Shown piece by piece: positions 28,121 to 41,925 of a DNA stretch of 64,000 nt (position 1 is the stretch's first letter; each line of letters starts with the position of its first letter). Location: the NCBI RefSeq assembly GCF_009914755.1, contig NC_060931.1; one strand, written 5' to 3'. Below the pieces are notes generated by a model. That model saw only the letters and a list, made by a program, of their open reading frames with translations, searched no databases and had not been told where the DNA came from. This stretch comes from the human T2T-CHM13v2.0 reference genome, Homo sapiens. A program made the translations under genes and the position numbers.

Positions 28121-28299
28121 CGGGGACTCTAGCAGGGTGAGTTGTTTTCTGTAAGGTCCCTGCGTATTAATTTTAGTTTATATTTATACTTTCAGAAGTG
28201 TTAAGTGTAAAAAGGACTTCTTTTATCCGTGAAATCACTTTTTGAAGATTTCAAAATGTCTGTATAATACATAGATTTAAAATAAAATTTCTAATAACT

Positions 28300-28620
28300 C
28301 TATAAAACCTACGTGAACAAAATAATAAAATTTATTTAGAGCATATCAAAGAAGACACAAATGAATGGAAATTTGTACCATTTCTGAAATGGAAGAATTC
28401 AATATAATGAAAATACCAAGTTAATCTATCCAGTTAACTTCAGTGCCAATCAAAGTTACAATGCAAGTGGAAGGAAGGGAAGTATTATTCTTTGTAATTT
28501 AAAGACTTCAGGTTTCTTTTTTTAACTTTGGCAAGCTTTTCACCTGGGAGAATAAACAAATGAAAAAAGCCAAGAGACATGTGAGGAGGGTGAAAAACGG
28601 ATGTGGACCTAGCAGCTTGC
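28300..28620 (+). mobile_element. Old L1M ORF2 fragment
   Basis: atcaaagaagacacaaatgaatggaaa…ggaagaattcaatataatgaaaat resembles the L1 IKED-NKW…GRINI region. Confidence 0.55.
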
Positions 28621-28717
28621 AGGTCATCTGCACATTCCACTATAGGAAGTATTAACTGTGCACGTGAATCACCTTGGTAATCAGAGGGTATTTTCTAAAT
28701 TAACATTTCTTATTCAG

Positions 28718-28807
28718 TGTTTTCCAGGGTGCCTGACGATTCAGATTCGCACTGTCCTGTGTATTTTCATAGTGGTCTTAATCTACTCAGTAGCCCAAGG
28801 TTGTGTG
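28718..28807 (+). CDS. ADCY1: ADCY1 exon 12 (M2)
   Basis: attcag|TGTTTT…TGTGTG|gtgagc; CFPGCLTIQIRTVLCIFIVVLIYSVAQGCV; 90 bp. Confidence 0.94.
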
Positions 28808-29034
28808 GTGAGCATCTCCAGCTTGTGGCATGCGCTGGGGCGGGAGAGGGCATGGCATGGAGGACCAGCCCAGAAGCCAGGACCCAGGGCTGCAGAGACA
28901 GGGAGGTCATCAGAGACGTCAGTAACAGGCATGGGGCCCCAAGGAGCCAGGGAACAAGAGACTTTACTTAGCAGAGGAAAATGCAAATTCTCCCTGGTGA
29001 AAGGAGCCTGGCTTCTTCATACGGTGCAGAGGAC

Positions 29035-29450
29035 AGAAGCAGGGGTGGAAAAACAGGACAGACAGGGCAGGAGGAACAGGATGGAGCTGGGCAGCAGTAA
29101 CAGGATGAAGCTGGGCCAGGAGGAACAGGATGGAGCTGGGGCTTGGAGTGAAAGGATGGAAATGGGTGGGAGTAACAGGATGGAGTTTGTAGTGGGAGTA
29201 ACAGGATAGAAGTGGGGCAGGAGTAACAAGATGGAGCTGGAGGCAGGAGAAACAGGAAGGACAGAGCTGGGGGCAGGAGGAACAGGACGGAGCTAGGGGC
29301 ATGATTAACAGGACAGAGCTGGGGGCAGGAGGAACAGGACAGAGCTGGGTGCATGATTAACAGGACAGAGCCGGGGGCAGGAGGAACAGGATGGAGCTGG
29401 GGCAGGAGTAACAGGTTGGAGCTGGGGGCAGGAGTAACAGGTTGGAGCCG
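29035..29450. repeat. Purine-rich minisatellite, ~25 bp unit (ggagctgggggcaggaggaacagga)
   Basis: About 16 diverged tandem copies in intron 12. Confidence 0.85.
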
Positions 29451-29700
29451 CTGGGCTGGGGAGCAGGCAGGGCTGATCCCACCTGGTCCTCCCTGGAGCC
29501 TCTTGCCTGCTCTGGCAGCCAGTGGGGAGCCTTGAAGTGCTGTGAGTTGCCATGAGGTCTGTGGCTTGGTGTGATAGCACTGGGGGTGGGTCAGAGCAAA
29601 ACCTTGGGAGACCTGCTTGAAGAGGGACACCTGAGCATGCTTAGGGGCTGCAGGTCTTCACCTGCCCTTTGCTAAGCCCCTGTGACCCCTCCCTTCCCAG

Positions 29701-29954
29701 GTGGGCTGCCTGCCTTGGGCCTGGAGCTCCAAGCCCAACAGTTCCCTGGTGGTCCTTTCGTCTGGGGGCCAGCGCACAGCCCTGCCCACCCTGCCCTGCG
29801 AGTCTACACACCATGCCCTGCTCTGCTGCCTGGTGGGCACCCTCCCGCTAGCCATATTTTTCCGGGTGTCCTCCTTGCCAAAAATGATCCTGCTCTCCGG
29901 GCTCACCACGTCCTACATCCTCGTTCTGGAGCTCAGCGGATACACCAGGACTGG
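29701..29954 (+). CDS. ADCY1: ADCY1 exon 13 (M2)
   Basis: tcccag|GTGGGC…ACTGG|gtaagt; VGCLPWAWSSKPNSS…ELSGYTRTG; 254 bp. Confidence 0.95.
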
Positions 29955-30285
29955 GTAAGTGTGTGGCTCCTCAAGAAAAAGGCCTAAGCAGCGGTGCTAC
30001 TGAATCTGTGTATACAGATATGCACTACAGGCTTCTGAGTCCAGAACTAGTCAAGTTGAATTGTATACACAATTTTTAGTTTGGTGGCTGCTTCTCTTCA
30101 ACCCAAGTTCTAGCAAGGACTCAGATTTCCCTATGATAAGTGATTCTTGGCCAAGGTCAATCCCAGCAAGCTGTTTTTGGGTGTCACCACCTGAGGGTCA
30201 CTCTGAACAGTTCTTGGGTTTGGTGGCAGAGTCTTGCCCTGGAAGCTCGGCACTGACTTGGCTTTTCTTCCTCATCTTCCCCCAG

Positions 30286-30412
30286 GGGTGGTGCCGTCTC
30301 CGGGCGCAGCTACGAGCCGATTGTGGCCATCCTGCTCTTCTCCTGTGCGCTGGCCCTGCATGCCAGGCAGGTGGACATCAGGCTGAGGCTGGACTACCTC
30401 TGGGCCGCACAG
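30286..30412 (+). CDS. ADCY1: ADCY1 exon 14 (end of M2); non-canonical GC donor
   Basis: ccccag|GGGTGGT…GCACAG|gcaaga; GGAVSGRSYEPIVAILLFSCALALHARQVDIRLRLDYLWAAQ; 127 bp. Confidence 0.92.
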
Positions 30413-31899
30413 GCAAGACGAGCCCTTTCTGCTTTCTGGGGGTGGGGGATTTAGAGGAGGAAGAAGTCTTCAGCAAGCATCTGACGGGGGCTGCCACAGA
30501 CACCCACACGCCGTATGGCCCTCGGAGGGCCCTCCTCAGCAGCATGCAAGCCAGGCACTGTCCGGGGATGGAGGAGACCTATGCTGGGGGTCCAGGGAGT
30601 GGGAGCCATGCCTCGTGAGAGGACAGTTCAGAAGGTTGTGGGATGCATGTTGTGGAGACCTGCCTGATGGTCAGAGCGTGGCTCTTTCACGAGGCAGTGA
30701 GTCCCCCTTCACTGAACAGCATGTGCAGTGGTGGTGCAGAGGGGCTCAGCCTCTGCAGGGCTGGGCAGTGGCAGCAGGTCTCATCGGGGTCATTGGGAAA
30801 TACAAGAAAATGCCAAAACTCTCACCACCTACTCCAAATTGAGTAGGTCAGCAGGTGGGGGCTGGACGTCTATATTTTTACATGTACCCTGGGAAATTCT
30901 GACACAAGAGGCATAAGCACCACTCTTTGGGAGACTCCATGGAGTAGCAAACATGTGAACTGGCTTCAGGCCCCAAACATCTGGGTACCAGGCTGGAGAG
31001 GAGACATGCTTTCCTGAAGTCTGTAGGTGGCTTTCTGTTTGGATGTGATCCTGGCAATGACTGCCAGATATTCACCTTGAGTTCCTGCTGCGGAGCCACA
31101 GCAGGGGTGTACCTGTGTCCACCCCATGGCCAGGGGCCAAGGCAGCGTGTGGGTGCTGGTGTGAGCATCTTCACACCAACTCCATACTCCACAGCCCTCC
31201 GGGAGGTGAGGCAGTCAAACATTTAGGACCAGGCTACCTGGGTTCAAATCCCATTTGTGGAATTTGCAAACTGTTTCACCCTGGGAAAATTGCTCCTCCT
31301 AGGTTTCCTCCCCTGAAAACCGGGAATGAAGGCTGATGAATATTAGCTTTAGCAAGAGATAGTCTTCTTATTTTGACACCTTAAGAATAGCTCTTCGCTG
31401 TTGGAGCTATTTGATCTCATTCAGTCTTCAGAACAGCACTGCCTAGGAGCTGGGATTACAGACAAGAACACAGGGGCCACTAAAGTAACATGCCAGAGTC
31501 GGGCAGCCAGAAGGTGGCTGAGCTGGGATCCAGCTGCCATCTGTGTGATCTTTGGGTAGGCTCTGAACCTGTGGAGAGAGCTGTGTCTGGGGCCAGGCAG
31601 GACAAGAGCATTTTCACCCTAGTCCTACTCTGCAGTCAGGACTGAAGGCAGGTGCAGCCCAGAGTTGGGGCACAGACACCAGACAGGCACAGCCCAGAGG
31701 GTGCCCAGGAGGAAGCGTGGCCAGGACCAGCTGAGAGCTCACTGTGGAAGCAGGACCAGGCTTGCTGCTGGAGTTGGGAAGCCTGTCAATTTTTTGTCTT
31801 TGTTCCTGAGGCTGACTGGGCATCAAGCCATGCAGTTAAGTGACCGAAACCCTGGTCAGCAGTAGCAGGGGTAACAAAGGTTGGGCCTGGCATCAGGTG

Positions 31900-32090
31900 G
31901 TCCTCGTCCTGAATTCCAGCAACTCCATGTAGGGTCTGCATGACTTCAACCAGTGATAGGTCAATCTGTCTTTCTGCTTCAGCAGTAAAATGGGGTGAGA
32001 ACCCTAATCCAGGTGTGCAAGAAATAACTGAAATTCTATTCCTGATGTCGTTGGCCACGGGCCTTGTGCAAAGTAGGTGCTCGGTGAGGC
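31900..32090. mobile_element. MIR-like fragment
   Basis: ctgaattccagc…cagtaaaatggggtga…gtaggtgctc resembles the MIR core. Confidence 0.45.
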
Positions 32091-32477
32091 TGAGCAGCCC
32101 TTTGTCTGGCAGCCTGTTACTCTGTGATGAGCCATTTTTGGGGGGATCTCTTTCTGGGAGGGAGGGTTAGAGTAGGGTGAAGGGTAGGTGTGAGGAGCAT
32201 CTGGAGGCAAGTTATCACTCATGAAAAAAATGAACACAATTGTTTCCTCTAGTTTTATTCATCTGGAAAAGACAGAAGCAGCTCAGTGGGTTTATGTCAG
32301 CATGACAGGGCAGGATGCATATTTAAAGTGATGGAAATTATGTTGTTGATTTGAGTAAGCAAAAGAAAGAACATATACATACATCACACACACACACTGT
32401 CTATATGTGTATCTATATACATGTGCTCACAAATGCTTGGTGAAAAACATGGCTTATTTTTTCCTTCACTGTATAAT

Positions 32478-32700
32478 AGCTTTATTGAGATATATTTCAC
32501 ATAACACAATTCACTTGTTTAGTGAACAGTGGTTTTCAGTATACTCACAGTCCTGTAACGATTACTATAATCAATATTAGAATATTTTTATCTCCCTCAA
32601 GAGAAACCCATCCCCATCAGTTAACACTCCCCATTTCTCCTCAACCCCCAAACCCTAGGCAACTACCAGTCTACCCGCTGTCTGTAGATTTTCCCATTTC
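32478..32700 (-). mobile_element. L1M 3'-end fragment
   Basis: agctttattgagatatatttcacata…ccctaggcaactaccagtctac…tctgtagatttt, typical of L1MB-type 3' ends. Confidence 0.7.
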
Positions 32701-33026
32701 ATTTATTTTTCAGCCTGTGTATTAAGTTAGTGCCTGTTCTGGGCAGAAGACATTCCTGTGTCCTACTAGATGGAGCTCTGAGCTAGCCTTGTAGGTGGGG
32801 AAGATCCAGATTCCTGAGGGACTCATGATCTGGCGCTGTCTTCACTGCATACCTGAATTCCAGGTTCTGGAGTGGGCAGGGGTTGCTGAGAACCCTCGCC
32901 CTTTGGCCTCTCCCGGGGAAGTGCTGCTGTGTGGTGCGCTCACTGTCAGCAGGGCTGTCTGGGCAGAACAGGCCCTAATTCCTGCTGGGGAGTGGGAGGG
33001 GACCCTGGTGGGGGCATAAATACATC

Positions 33027-33429
33027 TGCATTAAGCTGTTCTTGCACTGCTATAAAGGAATATCAGAGACTGGGTTATTTATAAAGAAAAGAGGTTTAAT
33101 TGGCTCACAGTTCTACAGGCTGTACCAACAGGCACCAGCATCTGCTTGGCTTCTGGGAAGGGCTCAGGGAGCTTTTACTCATAGCAGAAGGCAAAACATG
33201 AACATACATGTCACATGGCAAGAGCAGGAGCAAGGGGGTGGGGGGAAGGTGCCACACACTTTAAAACAACTGGATCTTGCGAGAACTCTGACTATCGCGA
33301 GAAAGGATAGCACCAAGCCATGAGGTATCCACCTGCTTGACCCACACACCTTCCACCAGACCCCATCTCCAACACTAGGATTACATTTCAGCATGAGATT
33401 TGGCAGGGACAGATACCCAAACCATATCA
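33027..33429 (-). mobile_element. MaLR solo LTR (MSTA-like)
   Basis: TG…CA termini, 5-bp TSD acatc (33022-33026 and 33430-33434), and the MST/THE1 motif tttataaagaaaagaggtttaattggctcacagttc. Confidence 0.9.
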
Positions 33430-34361
33430 ACATCTGAGTCTGACTTATCACCAGAGGAATGCAGGCTGTGGCAGGAAGTGAGTCCTCACGCCAGAAGGCC
33501 TGACTGCGGCCACAGTGGGTTTGAGAGGAAGCAAAGCCAGGCATACTGTGTTTCTCTGGGCCTTGTGCGATGCTTCAGATTCGGTTATGGAAGGATGAGG
33601 GATGGGGTTGAGGGGAAAGGGACGAGGAACATGGCAGAAAGAGGGAATTCTTCAGCAAAAACTGTGAGAGGAGTCAGAGTCCAATCACAGGGGCCAGTGC
33701 TCCCTCCAGGCCCCCTGTGGGCAGTGGAGCTGCAAAGGGAGGGCGATAGGACCCGATCCCTGTCTCCAAAGGTGGTCTGACAATGGAGTGTGACACACAG
33801 CCCAGGAGGCAGGTGGGAGCCCTGTGATCCACAGGGGCCCTGAGGAAAGCAAGTTGCATGGTCAGGGGCTGGCAGGAGGGCACCTCGGAAGTGGTCGTGT
33901 GGAGTCTGGCCACTGTTGGCCATCAAGTGAGGGTGCAGTAGTGGAGGTAGAGTGGGTCTCCAGGGGGCTGTGCATGTATCACAGCCTGGGCTGAGAGCGG
34001 AGGGCACACTCTAAGGGGGTGAGTTCAGGAGCCCTTATGATGCTTGGACTATTTGAAAGACAGGGGCAGGCACAGGGCATCTCCAGGCTGGTGTGGCACT
34101 TGGGGCAGCCACAGTGGGAATGGGCCCTAGAACCAGGGAACAGAGAGGGCTGCCTGATAGGATTCACCACCTTCAGCCGGGAGACGCAGCCAGTCCGCAG
34201 CAACCATGCAAAGAGGAACTGGGAATGCTCTCCTCCCTCGCTACTGGCCCCTGCTCCCGCTCCCCATTGGCCAAACCTGGCCGGAAGTAGGAGGCCCAGG
34301 ACCCTGTTGGTAGAGTCCTTGGACTGGCCTCCCTGGGACAGAACCGGTGGGGAATGGACTG

Positions 34362-34442
34362 CAGATACAGCACATACCTGCCCTGGAAGGGAGATCTGGC
34401 CAGATACAGCACATACCTGCCCTGGAAGGGAGATCTGGCCAG
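34362..34442. repeat. Perfect 39-bp tandem duplication
   Basis: cagatacagcacatacctgccctggaagggagatctggc x2 (34362-34400, 34401-34439). Confidence 0.95.
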
Positions 34443-36359
34443 CTGCAGTTTGCTAAAGCCACACCAGGTAATAGGAAAAGAGCCTCTTTATGATGGGCTG
34501 TGTTGCTGAACTTGGTCTTAGTTTGGCTCTGGCTGGCTATCCAGGGTGATCCAGCTGGCTGGTCTGGGAGGATATGTTGACCCAGCCATCAGCTGGCCTC
34601 TCTGGGTTCAGATCTTTTTGTTGCAAAAACCTACTCAGAGCTTGAGAAGAATGGACTTGGGATGAGCTAGAAAAACTGGAACAGCCCAGGCCCATGAGAT
34701 CTGGGGTTTCCAGGTTATTTACTAGGGTGCCTGGTTGGTTCCTCATTCTCAGACAGCAGATTTGGGCCTTGGCTATGACTCTTCCAGTTGAGGGACACTT
34801 CTGGGAGAGACATTTCCTCTCATCTGGGTTGACATGGCTTTTTCTTGGCTTTGGTGTTCTTTGAAATGTTATTAAATGCAGTATTTGACCCTGCCATGTC
34901 GTTCTCCATCCAGTGACACCCCCTAGCAATGCCCAATGAGCATACCAGTAATTTTAGGGCTAGAATATGCATTCCTGGGCCTTGGGGCAGCCCGGGCAAG
35001 TCTGCGGATCCTTGTGCATGCGTGTCACAAGAAAGGGTTGCCCACATGGAGTATACTGCCATGTTTGTCCACAGATAGGTAACAACAAATGCCACCTGCT
35101 TTCCCGTAACCCTAGCAAAACACAGAACTTTGTAGACTTTGCCTGTTTGCCCTTGGACATTTAGGTATGTAGTACAAACATTAGAGTGCCTCAAACTATT
35201 GCAAAATTGCCAGGCCAAACACTAGGTAGGTTAATTATTTACAGAGACTGGATTGATTGTCCAAACCTGCACAAACAGATAGGCTTTTCCCTTGGGAGGC
35301 ATCTTCAGCCTCTTCGCCTGTAAACTCTTGTATGCTTTTGTTCCAGTGTCATTTCTTTCTTTGCATTCAGTAGATAATCATCATGGCAATTATAATTTCA
35401 ATGTTTATGCTATTTAGTATAGAATGAAGTTAAAACAACTTATTTCTCTACCAATAAACGCTTAATTCGATGGTAATTCCCATTTTGCAGTTGCCATTAT
35501 TAACATTTAGAGGGAAGGTTTCCTAAGATGTGGTCATGGCATAGACATGGAATTTCTGGTGGCAGAAGCTAAGTTAGAGACCTGGTTCCACCTCTTACTC
35601 TGGTCACTTGTCTTCTCCACACATGTGACAGTGACACTTGTCTCTCAGGGGGTTGTGGAGGAGTTTATGTCATATAAAGCCGTGGTCATCATGCTTCTTG
35701 GACCCTGAAATGTTGTACGCTTGTTAGTCGTCATCTTGTCCTCTGTTACTGGCCATAGGTTTCACATCTGGCCTTTGGGTGAGTACATCCTCACAAACAG
35801 CTTTTATGGAGGGACAGATGGTTCCAGATGTATCCTAGCTGCATCCTGCAGCACACTTCTATGGAAACCTCCGAGGAGCCAAACCTTGGTGCGTAACCTC
35901 AGGACCCCACATCCATCAGGCCCCATGCCCACTGGAAATACACCCTTTGCCCATCTGAGAGTGCACACACAGCCTCTGGCAGGCATCCACTCTGTACCTA
36001 CACACAAAGTGTTACCACCTGCCTCCATCCAACAGGTGCTTATTGGGCACCAAAGTATACCTAATCCTGTGCTGGGGACGCTCACATGGTTGAGGTGTAA
36101 CCCCTGCCCTTGGGTGCTCACAGGCTGTTAAAGGAATCAAACACAAGCCACAGAAAATTTCAGTACAGTGAAGGGCGTGCCATGTAAAATGTAGACAGGA
36201 CCCTGACCCAGGTAGGTTGGATGTGATATCATTTAAATGTAATACCTCACCCCTGAGGCTTAAAGGATGAGTAGGAATTAGCCAAGGAAAGGGCAGAGTG
36301 CTAGGTGGGGTAAGTATGTCTGTCTCGTGAGATGCTTGTTTTTATTGTTATTTTAAAAA

Positions 36360-36594
36360 ATCAGTTCATAATACTGTATTGTGTACTTGAAATTTGGTAA
36401 GATAGCAGATTTTAAGTGTCCTCACCGCCCCCATCCCAGACACACACAAATGGTAACTGCAGATGGTGATAGATTTGTTAAGTAATTTGATCGTAGTAGT
36501 TATGCAATGTATACATATAGGAAACCATCACATTGCACATCTTAGATATATACAGTTTTTGTTTGTCAATTAAATATTTCAAAATAAAAAAAAA
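36360..36594 (+). mobile_element. L1MA-type 3' end with A-tail
   Basis: ataatactgtattgtgtacttgaaatttggtaagatagcagattttaagtgtcctcacc…aaaataaaaaaaaa. Confidence 0.75.
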
Positions 36595-36679
36595 TACTAA
36601 GCTCACAAAGACTTACCAAATCTGGATCTCAAGAGCAAGAAATTAAATGTTGGTCAAAGGAAAAAAAGGGTCTTTCAGT

Positions 36680-38420
<1,741 letters not shown>

Positions 38421-39891
38421 GGATACAGATCCTTTGGGTCTTGCTTTTCACCTTTGTTAGGAAGAACCAGAGGAGCATTAATTCTCAGACTAATTTTGTC
38501 CGCTCCTGAGGCAAAACCCTTTTCAGTACTTTACCTGATGCCTGGTGAATTATAAGGTTTTTTATTCTTGCCAGTGGAGGCAGGAACAATTCTCAGCATT
38601 GCATGAACTTTGGGGGTTGTTCCCTACAGTCATTTGCCTAACCTGTGCTAATCCCTAGATGGTTCTTTCTCTAGCCTTTGCTAATCAGTACTCAACTAGA
38701 GACTTGAAGAGACCAGAACACTGTGTCCTCTCTGGTATTTTCCCTTTGAACTCAAGCTGCCTTGGGCTTCCAAGCCCCCTAGCCTTGTCAAATCTGGGAG
38801 ACCCCTAGGCTCCACAGGCACTGTCTCTACATGCGGCCTGGAAACTCTCCCAGCAGTATGCTGGGCCATTGCAGGCCTCATCACTTATTCCCATCACTCA
38901 AGGATCACTGTCTTTCATTGCCTCCTGTCCAGTATTTGGAAAGCTGCTGTTTTATATATTTTGTGTGGTCTGCTTGTTGCTTGTAGGAGGGCAAATTGAA
39001 TTCCTGTTACTCCATCTTTTCCAGAAGTGGAACTTCATGTGGCCATTTAAGTGTCTTTGACCCCAAAACTGGTCATTATCCCCATGTAACAGGTGAGGGC
39101 CAAAGTAAATGGCCAAAGGTCAGAACTGAAATCTGCCAAACCCTAAATGGGCACTCTCATGGATGCCATGCATGACATGTCTCAGAATCCTTCTCCTGCC
39201 AAGTTAAGTACCATCCAGAGTGGAATGGCATTCTGGTGAGAACTGTCTCTAGGCAGAATCCTGTGAACACAGCCAAGAATTAGAAGTCCTCAGCTCTGAG
39301 GCCTGTGCTTCTCCCTCCACAGCAGTCAAGATTTCATATGCATGTGTGGCTGGAGGGTTTCTCTGAAAGGTTAGATCTGGGTTAGAAGGACGCAGCATAA
39401 CTTCAACATAGAGCAAAAGCTCCAAAGACCCCAGAAGTTGCTTTCTGCCCACAGTGTGGACTGTTCGTGGAGAGCAGTGTGGTAGCAGTGTGGCAGTCAC
39501 TGTGCAACAAGAAAGAAGATGTCTGTGGTGTGTCTCAATGCCATGTTGGGCTTGAGCACGTGAAGTTCACCTGCAGGCCCTAACTTGAGCACAGCACAGT
39601 TTTGCTAATCTATGACCAGCCTGCAGAACTCAGTACTGCTAATGCAGGCACCTCTGTGTTCTTCTCAAGAGTGTGGAAAATAGCACCTCAATTCCTCCCT
39701 GGTTCGAAAAGATAGAGAAACGTTGGTAACTCCAGACTTTCTGATGAGGAAATGGAGCCTTCTGCTTTAAGGCACCAGAGGCCGTCTGAAACAGCAGACC
39801 CACCGGACATCCCCTAGGACACCTTTCTGTCATGGAGTGTGGCTGCTTTGCATTTTTTTCTGTGTGTGTGCAATGAAAAATCCAGATTTTC

Positions 39892-40229
<338 letters not shown>

Positions 40230-41103
40230 TTACATTTATAATCACAAAGACCATGTTTAGCACAGTTAGTGTCCATGTGGAGTGACTGGGGCCACTCTTG
40301 CCTGGCTAGTTGTTGTGGAAACAAGGGAGCTTGTGCTGGCAACACGTGCTCAGGGTCAGGCTCTCAGCCCTCCCCAGGACCGTTCAGCTTCAGAGTGCTC
40401 CCCCGTAGGATGGCCTCCCTCACATTCTGAGTGGGTAAATTCACAGTGGCCTCCCCAGCTCTGAGGCCTATGCTTCTCCCTAGACTCTCCTGCATCTTGC
40501 AAGTAGAGTAAAAGGTCCAAAGACCCCAGAAGTTGCTTTCTGCCCACGGAGTGGGCAGAAATGTGCACAGGCTGCTGCTGCTAATCAAGGGAGGAGAGGA
40601 GAGGAGACTCGAGGAGTGTGGAAGACAGAATGCCATGAAGGCCCTGGGCAGGTGTTGTTTGCTCCTCAGAAAGGAGTAATTTATTCTAATTAAGGGGCTG
40701 AAGAGGACTTCCTGGAGGAGGTGGTATTGGACCAGGCCTTTCACTGTGGCAAGAAATGCTGACTTTTCTGAAAAGGGTAATTTTGGTAATTCCCTGATTT
40801 CAATGTCTGACATTTTACCCTGGAAACTTCAGTCACTGAAACTGAGCTTGATCAATTTCCAGCAGATCCTACCCCCACATTTTATATTGGTATAAGTGGA
40901 TATTCAAAGCTAGGAAAGAGGACTCTCACAGGGCCTTCACTTCATTAGACAGGGTGTCTTCTGCTTATGGAGTCTGGATGCTGTCTTCCCAGCCTCGGTT
41001 TCTCTCCGTGTACAGTGACGGTGGACCTCGTGAATCACTGAGAGCAGATCTCCCAGGGGCAGGACCAGCTGTGCCCACTGCAGCCTCATAGCTTCACTGT
41101 TAG

Positions 41104-41424
<321 letters not shown>

Positions 41425-41892
41425 CTCTTTACCTTTTAAAATGGCATCCCCATCTTGCTTCCTGTCTGAAACACTGGACACAGCCCTGCCTCCAACTACT
41501 ATGTTGACTCATCCTAAGAAATGAAGAACTACCAAGCATTTCAGCACAGCAAAACTTTCAGCTCAGAAGCTCCTTAGGAGTAAAGACTTCATTGTCAGAA
41601 ACAGAGCCAGCCACTGCATTCACCACCGCCGGTCCCAGCATTTCTGTGGGGGTTGGATGTTGGATAGTCCTGGTTTATTTGAGCTGATTTGCCCTCCAGC
41701 TCATGAACTCCAATTCCCCCAGCTATGACATCACCACAGCCTCATTTATACCACAGGGCCATGGATGGGACAAACACATCATGAGGGCTGTGGTCTGCCT
41801 TTTTATTTCTTGGAAAGAGAAATACAACAAGATGCTAAGTATTTTATAGAAAACCACACATGCATGTGTGCATGCACACACAAACACACATA

Positions 41893-41899
<7 letters not shown>

Positions 41900-41924
<25 letters not shown>

Positions 41925-41925
41925 T
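41900..41925. repeat. (CA)n microsatellite
   Basis: acacacacacacacacacacacacat. Confidence 0.9.

Noticed and set aside
28968-29630. 220-aa Pro/Leu/Ser-rich minus-strand ORF
   Set aside because: It is a translation of the pyrimidine-rich strand of the intron 12 minisatellite
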